A DNA stretch of 63,969 bases, counting the filler, from Trypethelium eluteriae (taxonomy: Eukaryota): the NCBI GenBank assembly GCA_051942245.1. It is 3 parts of 3 records of this genome, joined end to end, with 100 filler letters (N's around TTAATTAATTAA, not from the genome) between each part and the next. Parts side by side here need not be neighbours in the genome. Positions count along the whole stretch, not along the records: positions 45,492 to 63,969 come from JAVECL010000559.1; 2 more parts are not named here. The stretch is one strand, 5' to 3'. Shown here piece after piece: positions 61,777 to 63,969 of this stretch. How positions within the stretch are numbered: position 1 is the stretch's first letter; each line of letters opens with the position of its first letter. Made by a program: the position numbers and the translations under genes. The notes under the pieces are model-generated. The model saw only the letters and a program-made list of their open reading frames with translations, was not told the origin of the DNA and ran no database searches.

Positions 61777-63584
61777 ATGCCTTCTCGGAGCACATCAGCT
61801 GATCAAATCCCTATGAGCGATCTTCCACGAGCCCCACCCACGATTGAGATAACAACTACAACAGGCTCCCAAACTGATCTGGGATCCCCACAAGGCAATC
61901 CGCTCTCTGATTCGCCTCAGCCACACGAACGACAGCCGAGCAGTCCGTCCGCAGACTCCACAAATGCTTCACGTGCATCTACGCCGGCAACCCCTTTGAG
62001 TTCTGAAAGTGCGGGCACATCGCCTGGACCTCTGTCTCCCTCCTGCAATAGTCCCGCCTCACGCTCTGATACACTTGTGGCATCATCAGAGGGAGAGGCA
62101 TTGCAGACAACCTCAGGTTCTACATCTCGAAGCAACACACGGCAGGATAGCAACCTCGAGGAAACGAATCGATCATGGAGCAGGCCCTTGTTTGCACCAT
62201 GGTCCTCGATGTGGTTAGCCAATATCATTGCGGTATGCGTATGCGCGATTACGATCATAACGCTGGTGTACTCTCATCGGGCGGATGTAAGCCAAAGATG
62301 GAACAATCTGTCAGCCTTCTTCCAATGGTGTCAGGGAGATAATGTGAGTTATTTTGTTGTACGGAAATCCTTCAGCGAGCAGCAGCACGCAAACCTTTTC
62401 CTAAAAAGTCCTTCTCAGAGCAGTGACGTAAGAAAACTTCTATCACGTCTTTACTGGGATTTGCTTTTTGGACAGCCTCGTAAAGTTTTAACATTGAGGA
62501 TTTCAGTCGCTGACCTATGCAGCAGTATTCTCAGCCCACCTGTAGGAATGTGAAGAACGAGAGTCTTTCGATGCCTCCTTATGCGCCACTGAATATAATA
62601 TACAACCGTCTCGTAAAAAGACTTGTCCCAAATTCAGGTCCAAATCGTGCAATCGATAATCCCAAGGAAGTGAGAAACTCATTTACAGCCAGTGACACCG
62701 GGTGGATTGCTTTCGGCACATTACTCGTTACTTGCATCATCGGGACGCTCCTCATGTACATCTACCATCGGCATGTCATAGTGAGAACCCAAAACGCAGT
62801 ACTGCGGACGGCAGATCAGATGGCTCGGACACTACCCACGGGAACCCACAATGTGGGACCGCAAGTGGATGGTGACCGAATGGCAGAGTTGCGCCGCCGC
62901 ATGCGAGCATTCGTGCCGGCAGAGGATGCACTTAGACATCTTAGGACCGACTCCGCCAGCCGTCGGGCATCCATGGCTCCGTACATTGATGCGGAAACAA
63001 GTACATTTGAAGAGGATGACTCATCTTATAGGCAAGAGGCTTGGGTCCATCATGAGGCGCCGCCATATAATAACAATGATTGGTTTTTCTTCTCTTCCGG
63101 CACCGCCTCGTCTGACCCCTGGGATTTCAACCACAAAAAACAGCATCTCGATAAAGCTTCGACACATAACTGGTGGCATACTCCAGAGCTCAAGCTTGCC
63201 GCAGTACACGATAGTGGGCATGAATGCTTCTTTCGCGCTTTGGACACCGCTGATAGCGCTCTGACCTCCTCCTCTGATGCTATGCTCTCAGGCGCTCGGA
63301 ATCGCCTCGCTCGCCACTTGGAGACCGACAGCGATTTGATTGAGAACAAAGAGGAGGGAGAGAAGGAACACTTCTACTCGTCATGGCTGCGTCCTGACCC
63401 AGCCTCTTTTGGGTCTGTGAATATTCGGACGGGCAACGCAGACTCAGCGCTTGCCTACATTGGATGTGTGGCAGCGTCATCGGTAGGTGGCAGTGCGATG
63501 CAGAAAGTGCCAATGGAGGTCCCATTGGACCAGTCAAAACTCAGTTGGATGCCATCGAGTCCTTCGGATACGGTGTCTGGGTAG
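61777..63584 (+). CDS. Hypothetical two-TM membrane protein with a Ser/Thr-rich N-terminus
   Basis: ATG 61777; TM1 WLANIIAVCVCAITIITLVY; intron 62344-62522/62525 in frame; TM2 WIAFGTLLVTCIIGTLLMYIY. Confidence 0.7.
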
Positions 63585-63728
63585 ATTGTATTGATGAGGC
63601 GAAACGGAGTAACGACAGATTATCGCGGTATTAACAGTACGCACAAAAGCTTCATGATTATGTACTACATATAAGTAATGATTAGTTTCAGTATCGCTTG
63701 GCGTTACGCAGTGGAGCACATAAATACT

Positions 63729-63969
63729 TCACTCTAAATCTCCCACAGCATGTCCATCCATCATTTCCACGTCCTTGCTCACCCCATTCGAAAGGACCCC
63801 AACTCCATCACCCTTATGCGACCCAACCCAGCCATTCACCCCATCCATGCCCATCCCCTCATCAATCTGCTGCAAGAGATACCCAATCACAAACGCACTC
63901 TCCCGCAACTCCCCCAACTTCCCATGTCGCTTCTCAGAATGCGCCTCCAACCCCACCACCACCTCCTTC
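63729..63969 (-). CDS. Probable 3' end of a gene entering from beyond the window
   Basis: Open frame from the window edge to a stop at 63729 (EGGVVVGLEAHSEKRHGKLG...). Family not recognised. Confidence 0.45.
   Translation of the reverse strand, partial: KEVVVGLEAHSEKRHGKLGELRESAFVIGYLLQQIDEGMGMDGVNGWVGSHKGDGVGVLSNGVSKDVEMMDGHAVGDLE

Noticed and set aside
1..63969. tRNA, rRNA or intact autonomous transposons
   Set aside because: None was recognised by eye; tRNAscan-SE, Rfam and repeat scans would be needed to exclude them.

Overview
This is a 64-kb window of a filamentous ascomycete genome (GT-AG introns with CTRAC/CTAAT branch points; the melanin PKS looks Dothideomycete-like). It consists of three contigs joined by artificial 100-bp N-TTAATTAATTAA-N linkers at 22678-22777 and 45392-45491. 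Contig 1 carries a PTH11/rhodopsin-domain membrane protein, a BBE-type FAD oxidoreductase, a CYP7-like P450, a MITE-like element, a PDK1/Pkh kinase, a secreted protein with a CNF1-like Cys-x14-His motif, a disordered protein with a probable GC-AG intron, a DnaJ protein, a WW-domain protein and a partial TetX-like monooxygenase. Contig 2 carries the 3' end of sds23, a DHN-melanin-type non-reducing PKS (SAT-KS-AT-PT-ACP-ACP-TE) and about 12.7 kb of gene-free sequence upstream of it. Contig 3 carries partial rcy1, a SnoaL-like protein, palF/rim8, dph4, a tannase, a GFA protein, prp39 and a two-TM protein. The strongest leads are the candidate secreted glutamine-deamidase effector, a putative poison micro-exon with an adjacent hairpin in prp39 intron 2, clustered PacC/Rim101 sites in the palF promoter, and an over-represented TACGGAGTA motif. 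All calls come from manual reading; no searches were run.
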